Assembly: GCA_947455805.1 (NCBI GenBank)
Contig: CANGSN010000003.1
Coordinates: 1 to 32,380, forward strand
DNA: 32,380 nucleotides
Source of the DNA: Planctomycetota bacterium
Lineage (GTDB): Bacteria; Planctomycetota; UBA1135; UBA2386
Direction: 5' to 3'
The translations under genes and the position numbers were made by a program. The notes under the pieces were generated by a model. That model saw only the letters and a program-made list of their open reading frames with translations. It did no database searches and was not told the DNA's origin. The first letter of the stretch is position 1. Each line of letters starts with the position of its first letter. Positions 17,266 through 26,404 of the stretch are shown one piece after another.

Positions 17266-17493
17266 ATGCAACGCGCCTTCGCCATCCTGGTCTGCATCGC
17301 AGCCACGTATTCGTTCCTCGTCACCGTGGCTGAGCTGGGCATCTGCTGGTACAGCGGCAGCGAAGACCAGATCACCGCGCACGTGTGGATCAACATCGGT
17401 GTCAGCGCGTTCGTCCACGTGGCAGCACTGGCGATGGCGTGGCAACTCGCGCACCGTCGAAGCAGCACTGCAGCGAAGGCGACGAACGGTTGA
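17266..17493 (+). CDS. Small two-TM hypothetical protein, 75 aa
   Basis: Two hydrophobic helices; fits the gap between neighbouring genes. Confidence 0.5.
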   Translation: MQRAFAILVCIAATYSFLVTVAELGICWYSGSEDQITAHVWINIGVSAFVHVAALAMAWQLAHRRSSTAAKATNG

Positions 17494-17525
17494 CGAGCCG
17501 TGCCTGTCCGGCGATAGGCACGCAC

Positions 17526-18329
17526 ATGACCGACATGGAGGAGAAGTACCGCAGCGTGCTCGAGCACTTCGCCCAGCTGCTGCGCGAAGTCGCCGACGAC
17601 GCACCGCCGCGCAAGCCCTCCGCGGACGGCAAATCGCCGGACCTGTTCGAGGACGGTCGCCAGCTGGGCCTGCACACCGCAGCCTCGCTGCTCGCCGAGA
17701 GCCTGCGCGTCTTCGGCGTGCCAGCGGGCAACGTCGACGCGGTCGGTTTCGAAGGCTTGCTGCTGTCCGATCGTGACCCGCCGAAGGCCGGGCCGCCGCC
17801 GCAGACCGGCAGCGCCGAGGCCGCCGTGCTGTCCGACGCGACCAACGTGGCGGTCGTCCAGTTGCCCGGGAGGCGATTCCCAGCGTCGGCCATTCAGGGC
17901 GACTCGCTCGCGAACCTGCACTCCTTGGCGCTCGACCTCCGTCGGCGCGCGAGCCAAAGCACGGATGAAGAACTGGCGGACACGGCCACCGAGCTGCACG
18001 AACTGCTGCACGCCCGACTGCTGCACTACCAGCAGGTGCTGCTGGCGAACGGCCGAACCCTTCCCTACTCGCCGCGCATCGGCGAGCATTGCGGAGCAAG
18101 AGTCCGGGCCGTCGTGATCCCGCAGCCGCCGCCCCGCAAGAACCCCGCACCCATGACGAAGCTCACCAGGGAACGCGTCGTGATCGTGCTGTTCACCGCA
18201 CTGCTGCTGTGGAGCTGGGGCCCGACCACCCCGCACGTCGCCGCGGCCGTCGTCGCCGTCGCGTTCTTCTGGTGGTTCGTCGGCCCGAACGAACGCGCGC
18301 GCCACGAAGCGAACCGGCCGCCGGCGTGA
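17526..18329 (+). CDS. Multi-module hypothetical protein: helical domain, DUF6959-like domain and TM tail
   Basis: ATG at 17526; middle module NVAVVQLPGRRFP...IQGDSL...HY..VL...G..LPY; internal in-frame ATG at 18153 before a two-TM segment. Confidence 0.65.
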   Translation: MTDMEEKYRSVLEHFAQLLREVADDAPPRKPSADGKSPDLFEDGRQLGLHTAASLLAESLRVFGVPAGNVDAVGFEGLLLSDRDPPKAGPPPQTGSAEAAVLSDATNVAVVQLPGRRFPASAIQGDSLANLHSLALDLRRRASQSTDEELADTATELHELLHARLLHYQQVLLANGRTLPYSPRIGEHCGARVRAVVIPQPPPRKNPAPMTKLTRERVVIVLFTALLLWSWGPTTPHVAAAVVAVAFFWWFVGPNERARHEANRPPA

Positions 18330-18366
18330 GCGCTGCCTGCCGCAACGACGAAGCATCCGAACGCCC

Positions 18367-18630
18367 ATGACCGAAGCCACCGTCCGCACCATCCTCCGCC
18401 TCGTCGCCGTCGTCACGATCCTCGTCGGAGCCATCCTCGTCGCCACGACGCTGGTCGCGATCGTCGGCGCCAATCGCGCAATGAACGCCGCCTCGATGGG
18501 TGGTGTGCTGCGCAGCGCGACGATGGAGGTGACGTTCTACAGCGTGCTCGCACACATCGTGATCGCCGGCGAAGGCTTGCTGCTCTACATGCTGAGTCCC
18601 GCGCTGGCGAAGAAGATCGTCGCCGAGTGA
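18367..18630 (+). CDS. Small membrane protein, 87 aa
   Basis: Two long hydrophobic helices; strong host-like codon bias. Confidence 0.72.
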   Translation: MTEATVRTILRLVAVVTILVGAILVATTLVAIVGANRAMNAASMGGVLRSATMEVTFYSVLAHIVIAGEGLLLYMLSPALAKKIVAE

Positions 18631-18661
18631 ATGCTGCGGGGCGCTGCCGCCACGCGGTCCC

Positions 18662-20221
18662 TCAGTCGGCAGCCGGCACGAAGCCGGCCTGAAAGTCGAG
18701 ATCGGCGAAGCCGGTGATGGGGTCGATGCCGCGAACCCAGGCGTAAACGAAGTAGAGCACTCGTCGACCGTCGACGACGGCCACGGTCGGCTCGCCGATG
18801 GCGACGATCTTGCCGAGGTCGGCGGTGGTGACGCGCAGGCTCGCGATCGAGGTGTCCTTCTGCAGCAGCGTCACCGGCGCCGACCAGTTGCCGCCGTCGC
18901 CGAGCGCCGCGGCGTCGTGGGTGCCGGCATAGGCGGCGAACGCGATGCTGGTGTCCTGCGTGAAGTAGAGCCCCTCGTCTCGGAACGTCGGCTGGATCGC
19001 GGTGGTACCCGGCACGTTGACGACGCCGGGCAACACCACCTTGGTGAAGTCGTTCGAGCTCGGGAACACACCGCTGCCCAGCACATGGACCGTGATGCGG
19101 CCGGTGTCGGCGTCGCCGTCGTACTCGTCGTCGGTCCACACCGAGCGCACGTCGCCACCAACACCGATGTACAGACCCGGATTGCCCTGGGTGCCGGTGT
19201 TGTCGCCGAGGTCCAGCAGCACCGAAGGGAACGGCGTGCTTCGCGCCGGCGGGTTGCCCGGGGTCGTCGCCGCGTAGGTGCCGAGCACGTTGGTGGTGCC
19301 GAACACGACCTCGCAGGTGTAGGCGTCGAAGCCGTTGCCGACGGTCACCGCGTCCTTCAGCGTGAACACCGCGCGATGACTGTCGCCGCCGATCGGTTGG
19401 AACGAGAGTCCGAACGGACCGACGATGCCGTCGCCGAGGTCGTCGAACGCCAGCGAGAACGGCGCCGCGAAGCTGCCGTCGGGCTGCTTGCGAAAACCAT
19501 AGAACATCGTCGTCAGCGCCAGCACCGGCGCACCGTCCGGGCCGATGCCGAACGACGCCGCGTTGTGCAGTTGGGTGGTGCCGCTGAAGCGTCCGGTGAA
19601 GAAGCCCGGTCGCTCGGGGCCGGCGAGCGGCCCGATCGTGGTGTCGAGCCAAGGGTGCGTGCAGCGGTCGGGCACCAGCCGATTGCCACCGCAACCGCCG
19701 TTCGCTCGCGACTCCTGGAACACCAGCAGGCTCGACCAGCGAAACGGTCCGTACTGCACGAACAACGTCTGGCCGTCGGGGGCGATGGTGACGCCGTCCT
19801 CGTAGCCGTCGGTGTTGACGAGGCCGGCGACCGACTGCGGTTGCCCCCAGTCGGCATGCACGTCCTGCAGCACCAACGCGGTGCGCACGATCGAGCTACC
19901 GGCAACCGTCGCCGTCACGCGGTACTCGCCGGTGGTCGTCGGCAGCATGGTGCTGACGAACCTGCCACCGCCGGTCCGGGCGATGGGGCCAAGGCTGCCG
20001 CGGTCGACGGCCAGCGAAGGGGTCGCCTCGCTGCCGCTGACGTCGACCGCGACTTCGACCGCGTCGAGACCGGGGCCTGGCACGCGGGTGAACGACAGCG
20101 TCAACGCCGGTGCCGGCGTGGGTGCCGTAGCGCTGCCACCGCCGCTGCACGCAGCCGCGAGAACGACGAGGGCTTCGGCGGCCAAGAACGCAGGGGCGAG
20201 GCTCCGTGACGAGCGGGGCAT
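18662..20221 (-). CDS. Lipoprotein with Ig-like domain and PD40/beta-propeller-like region, 519 aa
   Basis: ATG at 20221; lipobox LAAAC-SGGG; PD40-like WGQPQSVAGLVNTDGYEDGVTIAPDGQTLF; C-terminal aromatic beta strands. Confidence 0.75.
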   Translation of the reverse strand: MPRSSRSLAPAFLAAEALVVLAAACSGGGSATAPTPAPALTLSFTRVPGPGLDAVEVAVDVSGSEATPSLAVDRGSLGPIARTGGGRFVSTMLPTTTGEYRVTATVAGSSIVRTALVLQDVHADWGQPQSVAGLVNTDGYEDGVTIAPDGQTLFVQYGPFRWSSLLVFQESRANGGCGGNRLVPDRCTHPWLDTTIGPLAGPERPGFFTGRFSGTTQLHNAASFGIGPDGAPVLALTTMFYGFRKQPDGSFAAPFSLAFDDLGDGIVGPFGLSFQPIGGDSHRAVFTLKDAVTVGNGFDAYTCEVVFGTTNVLGTYAATTPGNPPARSTPFPSVLLDLGDNTGTQGNPGLYIGVGGDVRSVWTDDEYDGDADTGRITVHVLGSGVFPSSNDFTKVVLPGVVNVPGTTAIQPTFRDEGLYFTQDTSIAFAAYAGTHDAAALGDGGNWSAPVTLLQKDTSIASLRVTTADLGKIVAIGEPTVAVVDGRRVLYFVYAWVRGIDPITGFADLDFQAGFVPAAD

Positions 20222-20361
20222 GCGGCCATCATCGGCAGCTTGCCGTGCAGTTCTCCGTTCGTTCGGCACTGCCTGGTTCCGCTCGGCAGCTCGCTGGTCC
20301 GCGTCATGCTGAGTGCATCGCCGGCGAAGGAGATCGTCGCTCGAGGGAAGGCGCTGCACGA

Positions 20362-22701
20362 CTACACCGACGGCGCGCGCGCTGCGAGCGAACGCCGCCG
20401 CTGCCGCCACGCGATCACCGCGAGGCCCGAGCCGAGCAGCAGCCACGTCGCCGGCTCCGGCACCGGCTGGCCACCGAGCAGCTCCGGCGGTTCGCGGCCG
20501 CTGATGGCGCCCGGCTCGAGCTTGTGCTCGTCGTATTGCTCCCGACGCTCGAGCACGACGGCGCTCGCCCCGGCGGTCACCACGCGATAGCTCGCGGCCA
20601 GGCCCGTCGCCGTCGCATCGCCGCGGTGCCGGCGATCGCGCGCCTCGGTCGCGGCCCACAAGCGCACCAGCTGGTCGTCGACCACGACGGCATCGGCCGG
20701 CGGTGTGCTCGCACGAGCGAACGTGCGCACGAAGCCGTCGGTCGGCACGTTCGCCGCATCGACGTTCACGAACTGCTGCAGCCAGCGCTGCGCCGCGGCG
20801 AGTGGCCGCAGCGGGGCGGTGACGAGCTGCGCGCGGAAGGCCTCGAGCTGGTAGAGCTGCTGCGGCGACCGGCTGAGCGGCACCGCGTAGACCCGCACGT
20901 CCTTCGCCCAGGCGGCATCTTGTCCCGGCAGCAGGTGCACGGAGCCGCCATGGAACCACAGCACCTCGGTGGAGCCGAGCCTCGCCGCTTCGGCGGTCGC
21001 CGCCGCGAGGGCGGGACGCGGATCGGCGCCGCCAAGGAACGGTTGCGAGCGCAGCCACGCGACGAGCGCGTCGTCACCGGCGATCGCTTCGTGGCGCTGC
21101 AGGCCACTGCCGTAGGCGGCATACAGGGACAGCTGCCGACCACGCGGCAGCGACTGCACGAGCGCCACCAGATCGTCGCGCGCCGTCGCCGTCGAGTAGC
21201 TCGCATCGAACACCACGACCAGCGGCTTCGGCACCCGCGGCACGGCGGTTTGCTCCGACGGCGCGAGCGTCTGCACGACGAAGCCGTCGGCATCGCGGGC
21301 GCAGGTGACCCGCACGAACCCACCCGCGATCGGCACCGCCTGCGACAGATCCTTGCCTTCGACGGTGCGCTCGTCGACGGACCCGTCGGCGCGAACCACG
21401 CGCAGCGTGTGCAGGTCGCCGACGAGCGGCGTGCAGGTGTGGTCGACCAGTTCCGGCAACGACAGCACCAGGGAGTCCCCGTCGCGGCGCAGCGGCACCG
21501 TGATGCCGACCCGCACGCGCATCGGCGGCAGGTTGGCCGCCAACGGGAACAGCTGCAGCCACAACCGCCGCGGCCCGACTTCGCGCAGCAGCACCGGATC
21601 GAGCCGTCGCGCCACGACGCTGTCGAACGCCTTCTTGGCGCGGCCGTCGCTGGCGAACGCCGCGGGCCGCTCTTCGCCGTCGATCCACGACGACAGCGAA
21701 CTGGCGACGGCACCCGGCGGCAGCTGCAGTTCGAACCACGCCGTGTCGAGGAAGGAGTTGCGCCCCTCGGCGACGAGCTCCCAGTCGAGTCGCGCCACCG
21801 CGGCGCGCGGTTCCGCCGTGATCGTCCATTCGCTCTGCTTCCACCACGGCCCAAGCCCGCCCGACGACGCTCGCCCGCCCGCCTGCGTCGGCCCGAAGCC
21901 GTGCGCGCGATGGAAGGCCGCGTGCCGCTCGTGCTGGCTGACCTTCTTGTCGCGCAGGAACCAGAACGTCGAGTGCGAGAACAGCTGCCGAGAGCGCCGA
22001 CCGAACGGACCGAAGTCGTCGGAGTCTTCGTACACCACCGAGTCCAGCCACTTACGCTGCTTGTCGATGTCGCCCTGGCGCGCTTCGGCAGCCAGCGCCT
22101 CGACAACGGCCTCGCCCGCAGTCCCCTGGCGCATGGCGAGCGCCAGTCGATCGATCGGCGCACGATCCTGGTTGCGCGGCAAGGCCGCGTAGCAGACGGC
22201 GGCGATCGTCAGCGCCGCCACCACCAGCACGTGACGGCCAGCGCGCCCCGCCGGCCAGCCTGCGTCCGCAGCCTTCGCCCGCACCTCGCGCCAGATCCGG
22301 GGCTGACCGCAGAGCACGAGGTAGGGCGCCCAGGCGAGGAAGCCGACGAGGAAAACGGCACCGAAGATCATCATCGGCACCAGTGGCCCGAGGACGACCC
22401 CGTAGAGCACCGCCATGCCGAGCACGAAGCCGAACACCGTCGCATGGGCACCCGGCGGTAGAAACCCGGCGACGGGAGGCAACCGGAGGCCGATGTTCAG
22501 GACCAGCGAAGCGAGGACCGCGCCGAGCACCACAGCGTTGGGGAAGAGACCGAGCGCCTCCGTCGCGAACCTCCATTCCAGCTCCGCGATCAAGCCGGCC
22601 AGCGGCAGCACGGCCATGAACAGGAAGTCGAAGACCGCGTAGTGGGTCGACGCCGCCGACGGCTGCCTCGCGGCGCTCTCCGCCGTGCGTGGACTCGTCA
22701 T
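20362..22701 (-). CDS. Membrane protein with VIT domain, VWA-like region and C-terminal PEP-CTERM sorting signal, 779 aa
   Basis: About 5 N-terminal TM helices; VIT-like FELQLPPGAVASSLSSWIDGEERPAAF...DPVLL...LQLFP; VVVFDASYS (partial MIDAS DxSxS); terminal VPEPATWLLLGSGLAVIAWRQRRR. Confidence 0.85.
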   Translation of the reverse strand: MTSPRTAESAARQPSAASTHYAVFDFLFMAVLPLAGLIAELEWRFATEALGLFPNAVVLGAVLASLVLNIGLRLPPVAGFLPPGAHATVFGFVLGMAVLYGVVLGPLVPMMIFGAVFLVGFLAWAPYLVLCGQPRIWREVRAKAADAGWPAGRAGRHVLVVAALTIAAVCYAALPRNQDRAPIDRLALAMRQGTAGEAVVEALAAEARQGDIDKQRKWLDSVVYEDSDDFGPFGRRSRQLFSHSTFWFLRDKKVSQHERHAAFHRAHGFGPTQAGGRASSGGLGPWWKQSEWTITAEPRAAVARLDWELVAEGRNSFLDTAWFELQLPPGAVASSLSSWIDGEERPAAFASDGRAKKAFDSVVARRLDPVLLREVGPRRLWLQLFPLAANLPPMRVRVGITVPLRRDGDSLVLSLPELVDHTCTPLVGDLHTLRVVRADGSVDERTVEGKDLSQAVPIAGGFVRVTCARDADGFVVQTLAPSEQTAVPRVPKPLVVVFDASYSTATARDDLVALVQSLPRGRQLSLYAAYGSGLQRHEAIAGDDALVAWLRSQPFLGGADPRPALAAATAEAARLGSTEVLWFHGGSVHLLPGQDAAWAKDVRVYAVPLSRSPQQLYQLEAFRAQLVTAPLRPLAAAQRWLQQFVNVDAANVPTDGFVRTFARASTPPADAVVVDDQLVRLWAATEARDRRHRGDATATGLAASYRVVTAGASAVVLERREQYDEHKLEPGAISGREPPELLGGQPVPEPATWLLLGSGLAVIAWRQRRRSLAARAPSV

Positions 22702-22725
22702 GGCGCGCAAGGGACCGGGCGGATG

Positions 22726-22756
22726 GCGCCATGGCAAGCCCTGCGGGCCATGGCGC
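22726..22756. repeat. Perfect 10-bp inverted repeat in a divergent intergenic region
   Basis: GCGCCATGGC-N11-GCCATGGCGC. Confidence 0.6.
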
Positions 22757-22865
22757 GGCTGCCCAGCGGCCACAAATCCTGGCCCCACGGCACCTTTTCG
22801 CCGCGGCAATCGTCCCAACGCGGGACCACACGTCCGGCGCGCCCCACGCCGACCTCCCTCGCTCC

Positions 22866-25800
22866 ATGCACGATCGTCGATCGCGTCTCCCGCGGCTCGC
22901 TGCCGCCGTCGCCACCGTTCTCTCGCTCTCGCTCTCGCTCGCACCGCCGCTGCTCGCCCAGAAGGGCGACGCCGCCGGCGAACAGCAGGCCGCCTTCCAG
23001 ATGTCGCCGTCGTGGCGCACGTTCCTCGCCGAACGCGGCGGCGAATGGCGCATCGACTGGTGCGCCGCGACCGGCACGCCGCGCGCCATCTACGGCACCG
23101 GCCTCGACCTCGCCGACTGGCGCGGCAACACGCTCGACGAAGCGCGCCGCCAGGCGCACCAGCTGCTGCGCGACCAGGCCGAACTGCTGCGCCTGGGCAC
23201 GTCCGACTTCCGCGAGACCATCGGTAGCCGCATGGGCCGCACGTGGTCGTTCGTGTTCGACCAGTTCCACGCCGGCCTGCCAGTGATCGGCGGCCGCGCC
23301 GACGTGCGCGTCAGCATGCGCGGGCGCATCGCGATGTTCGGCAGCACCGCGTGGCAGATCCCGGCGAACTTCGGCATCACGCCGACCATCGACGGCGACA
23401 CCGCGCTGGCGCTGGCCTGGCAGGCGCTCGGCGAAGTGGCGACCGACGCGCCGCAACCGAAGGCGCCGGCCGCGCCGCGCCTCGTGATCTGGGGCGACGT
23501 GCACCAGGCCACGCCCGGCACCGTGCACCTCGCCTGGGAGTGCGCGATCCGCAACGTCGATCGCAACGGCAACGGCTCGATCGGTCGTTCCTACGTCGAC
23601 GCGACCAACGGCCAGGTGCTGCAGTTCGTCAGCGACAAGCACGAGTGCGGCTTCGCCGGCTGCAGCCTCGGTGAAGCGCCGTCGACGCCGACGGCTGCGG
23701 CCGCGAACACGAACGCCCCGCTCGCCGCGCCGGTGCTGACCACCGTGACCGTGCGCGGTTGGACGCGCACCGGCAACGACGCGTTCGACCCGCTGGTCGA
23801 CACGCCGCTGCCCGGCATCGAACTCAACGTTCCTGGCATCGGCGTCGTCACCACCAACGCCAGCGGCCAGGTGCAGATCAACATCGCCAGCCCGGTGACG
23901 ATCACCATCAATGGCCTCGACGGCCGCCACCACGCCCTGGTCAGCGGCAGCAACCAGCCGAGCGGTTCGTGGAACGTCAATCCCGGCGTCGCCACGACGA
24001 TCACGCTGCTGTCCTCGGGCGCCACGCCGGAGCAGGCAGCACACACGACCGTGTCGTGGTGGACCGACCGCACCAACGAGTTCGTGCGCTCGATCCTCGG
24101 CAACACGCCGCAGATCACCACCGCCAGCGCGATGGCGGTGACGGTCAACATCGCGGACACCTGCAACGCCTACTACACGGGCAACTCGATCAACTTCTTC
24201 TCGACCGGCGGCGGCTGCTCGAACACGGCGTTCTCGACCGTCGTCGCGCACGAATGGGGGCACGGCCTCGACGACCGCTACGGCGGCATCTCGCAGATCA
24301 ACGGCCTCAGTGAAGGCTGGGCCGACACCCTCGCGTTCTACCTCGTCGACAACCCGATCCTCGGCAGCGGCTTCTCGACGCAGGGCCAAGGCATCCGCAA
24401 CGGCAACAACACGCGCCAGTATCCGACCGGCGGCGGCGTGCACGCGCAGGGTGAGTCGTGGATGGGCTTCGCGTGGAACCTGCGCGATCGCCTCGCGACG
24501 ACGCTCGGCAGCCGCCCGGCGGCGATCGCGCTCAGCAACGACATCGTCCTCGGCTCGATCGTCGCCGACGCGACCGACCAGCCGGCGGCGCTGCTCGAAG
24601 TGTTCCTCGCCGACGACAACGACGGCAACCTGACCAACGGTACGCCCAACTCCGTCGACCTGACGTGGGCCGCCAACCAGCACTCGATCCCGGTGCCCGG
24701 CGCGCCGAGCATCGTGCCCAACGACGAATGTGCCGGCGCGATCGCGCTGACGAACGGCATCAACGGGCCGTTCTCGACGGTCGGCGCCTACACCTCGGCT
24801 CCCGCCTGGCCCTGCGCGTCCGGCGGCAACGACGCGTGGTTCACGTTCTACGTCGCCCAGAGCGGCACGCTGACGGTGCAGACCTGCGGCCAGGCCTCGT
24901 GGGACACGGCGCTGCAGATCTTCAGCGGCTCGTGCGCTGCACTGACCAGCCTCGGCTGCAACGACGATGCGTGCTCGAGCCTGCAGTCGTCGCTGGCGGT
25001 GCCGGTCAACCCGGGCCTGCACTTCATCCGCGTCGGCGGCTACAACAGCGCGTCGGGCTCGTTCAGCCTCGACGTCAACGGCCCCGGCGGTGTGCCCGCG
25101 ACGGCCACCAACTACGGCACCGGCTGCTATCGCGCGTCGAAGGCGTTCTACGAGCTCTACCCGAGCACCGGCTTCGACCTCGGCGGCACCTCGATGCGCC
25201 TCGCGCGCCTCGGTGACTACTACCTCGTGCAACCGGGCGGCGCCTATGTCGCCCCCACGGCGGCCGCGACGCAGCTGACGCTCTCCGACGACGCGGTCGC
25301 CACTGTCACGCTCGGCGGCACGCTGCTCTATCCAGGCGGCTCGACCACGTCGCTCGAAGTCTGCTCGAACGGCTTCGTCTCGCCGGTGACCGGCAACGGC
25401 AACTCCTATCAGGTCGCCGCCGCCGCCTGGCTCGCTTCGCCGCAGCCGCGCTGGGGCACGTGGCACGACTTCAATCCGGCCGCCACCGGCTCGGGCAAGG
25501 TGAAGTTCGAGCAGATCGGCAGCACCGCCTATGTCACGTGGGACGGCGTCTACAGCTTCAACACCACGACGCCGAACACCTGGCAGCTGCAGTTCGACCT
25601 GCTGACCGGCTTCGTGACCTTCGTGTGGCCGAACGTGGTCTCGTCGGGCAACGGCTGGCTCGTCGGCTTCGCCGGTGCTCTCCCGAACGACGACCTCGGC
25701 AGCTTCGACCTGTCGACGATGGTGCCGGCGACGTTCCGCACCAGCAGCTACAACGCCCTGCCGCTCGCCCTCGCCAGCACGCTGCCGCAGCTCGGCACGA

Positions 25801-26111
25801 CGCTGACGATGACGACGTCGCAGTTCCCGCCGACGAGCCTGCTCGGCATCCAGCTGGTCAGCTTCACTGCGATCGATCCGGGTGTGGAACTCGGCTTCCT
25901 CGGCATGCCGGGCTGCTACGTGCATGCGGGCACCGACGCGATGTATGCGCTGCTGCCGAGCGGCGGTCAGGCGCAGTGGCAGCTGCCGGTGCCGAACAAC
26001 CCGTCGCTGATGGGTGCGCAGCTCGCCGGCCAGAGTGCGGCGTTCGCACCGGGTGCGAACACGGCCGGGCTGATCACGTCGAACGGCGTGCGGCTGACGA
26101 TCGGCGTGTGA
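22866..26111 (+). CDS. Large secreted zinc metalloprotease (thermolysin M4/fungalysin M36-like) with propeptide and C-terminal accessory domains, 1081 aa
   Basis: Signal peptide; FTP/PepSY-like propeptide (FDQFHAGLPV, YVDATNGQVL); CNAYY; HEWGH plus GLSEGWAD third ligand; VHAQG; Cys-rich NDEC...CNDDAC module; NIDO-like LSDD...SNGFV region. Confidence 0.85.
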   Translation: MHDRRSRLPRLAAAVATVLSLSLSLAPPLLAQKGDAAGEQQAAFQMSPSWRTFLAERGGEWRIDWCAATGTPRAIYGTGLDLADWRGNTLDEARRQAHQLLRDQAELLRLGTSDFRETIGSRMGRTWSFVFDQFHAGLPVIGGRADVRVSMRGRIAMFGSTAWQIPANFGITPTIDGDTALALAWQALGEVATDAPQPKAPAAPRLVIWGDVHQATPGTVHLAWECAIRNVDRNGNGSIGRSYVDATNGQVLQFVSDKHECGFAGCSLGEAPSTPTAAAANTNAPLAAPVLTTVTVRGWTRTGNDAFDPLVDTPLPGIELNVPGIGVVTTNASGQVQINIASPVTITINGLDGRHHALVSGSNQPSGSWNVNPGVATTITLLSSGATPEQAAHTTVSWWTDRTNEFVRSILGNTPQITTASAMAVTVNIADTCNAYYTGNSINFFSTGGGCSNTAFSTVVAHEWGHGLDDRYGGISQINGLSEGWADTLAFYLVDNPILGSGFSTQGQGIRNGNNTRQYPTGGGVHAQGESWMGFAWNLRDRLATTLGSRPAAIALSNDIVLGSIVADATDQPAALLEVFLADDNDGNLTNGTPNSVDLTWAANQHSIPVPGAPSIVPNDECAGAIALTNGINGPFSTVGAYTSAPAWPCASGGNDAWFTFYVAQSGTLTVQTCGQASWDTALQIFSGSCAALTSLGCNDDACSSLQSSLAVPVNPGLHFIRVGGYNSASGSFSLDVNGPGGVPATATNYGTGCYRASKAFYELYPSTGFDLGGTSMRLARLGDYYLVQPGGAYVAPTAAATQLTLSDDAVATVTLGGTLLYPGGSTTSLEVCSNGFVSPVTGNGNSYQVAAAAWLASPQPRWGTWHDFNPAATGSGKVKFEQIGSTAYVTWDGVYSFNTTTPNTWQLQFDLLTGFVTFVWPNVVSSGNGWLVGFAGALPNDDLGSFDLSTMVPATFRTSSYNALPLALASTLPQLGTTLTMTTSQFPPTSLLGIQLVSFTAIDPGVELGFLGMPGCYVHAGTDAMYALLPSGGQAQWQLPVPNNPSLMGAQLAGQSAAFAPGANTAGLITSNGVRLTIGV

Positions 26112-26362
26112 GGCTGCACGCCCTTCCGCGGCCTGCGGAGCTGGTCAGCATGTGGTTCGACGACCAGCACCATCCAGCGTCCTCGTCGTTCCGCGCCGCG
26201 TTCACAGCAGCCGAGCTGCAGCTGCTCGCGGAGTTTCACCAGTTCTACGACTCGCGGACGAGCTCCCTGCCCTCGAGCCGCAGAGTTCGGGACCTGCATC
26301 GATGCAGAGCGTGGACCGAGATCATGGCCATGGCCACTTCGGTCCGGTCGCGCATCCGATGA
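26112..26362 (+). pseudogene. Probable 5'-truncated gene fragment (or short gene from ATG 26150)
   Basis: Protein-like sequence PAELVSMWFDDQHHP...FRAAFTAAELQLLAEFHQFY...W.EIM..A begins right at the protease stop, with no room for a normal N-terminus. Confidence 0.45.
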
Positions 26363-26404
26363 CCACTCGCTTCTCGGCCGAGCAGTGAAGCCATCTCTTC
26401 CGCG

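Noticed and set aside
14262-18369. Loose ACGAC..CATCC..AC(G)CC motif in spacers near 14264, 16514 and 18345 as cassette recombination sites
   Set aside because: Short and heavily gapped similarity in GC-rich DNA, with no attC-like inverted cores; not distinguishable from chance by eye.
22920-22940. (CTCTCG)3 microsatellite in the protease signal peptide
   Set aside because: Short in-frame hexamer encoding LSLSLS; it cannot cause phase variation.
22698-25925. Very long antisense ORFs (1075 aa here; also 2037..3989, 3975..5690, 12427..13965, 20206..22461, 28420..30795) and the same-strand alternate frame 28203..31433
   Set aside because: Expected in high-GC DNA with strong codon bias; they show no motifs and each overlaps a well-supported gene.
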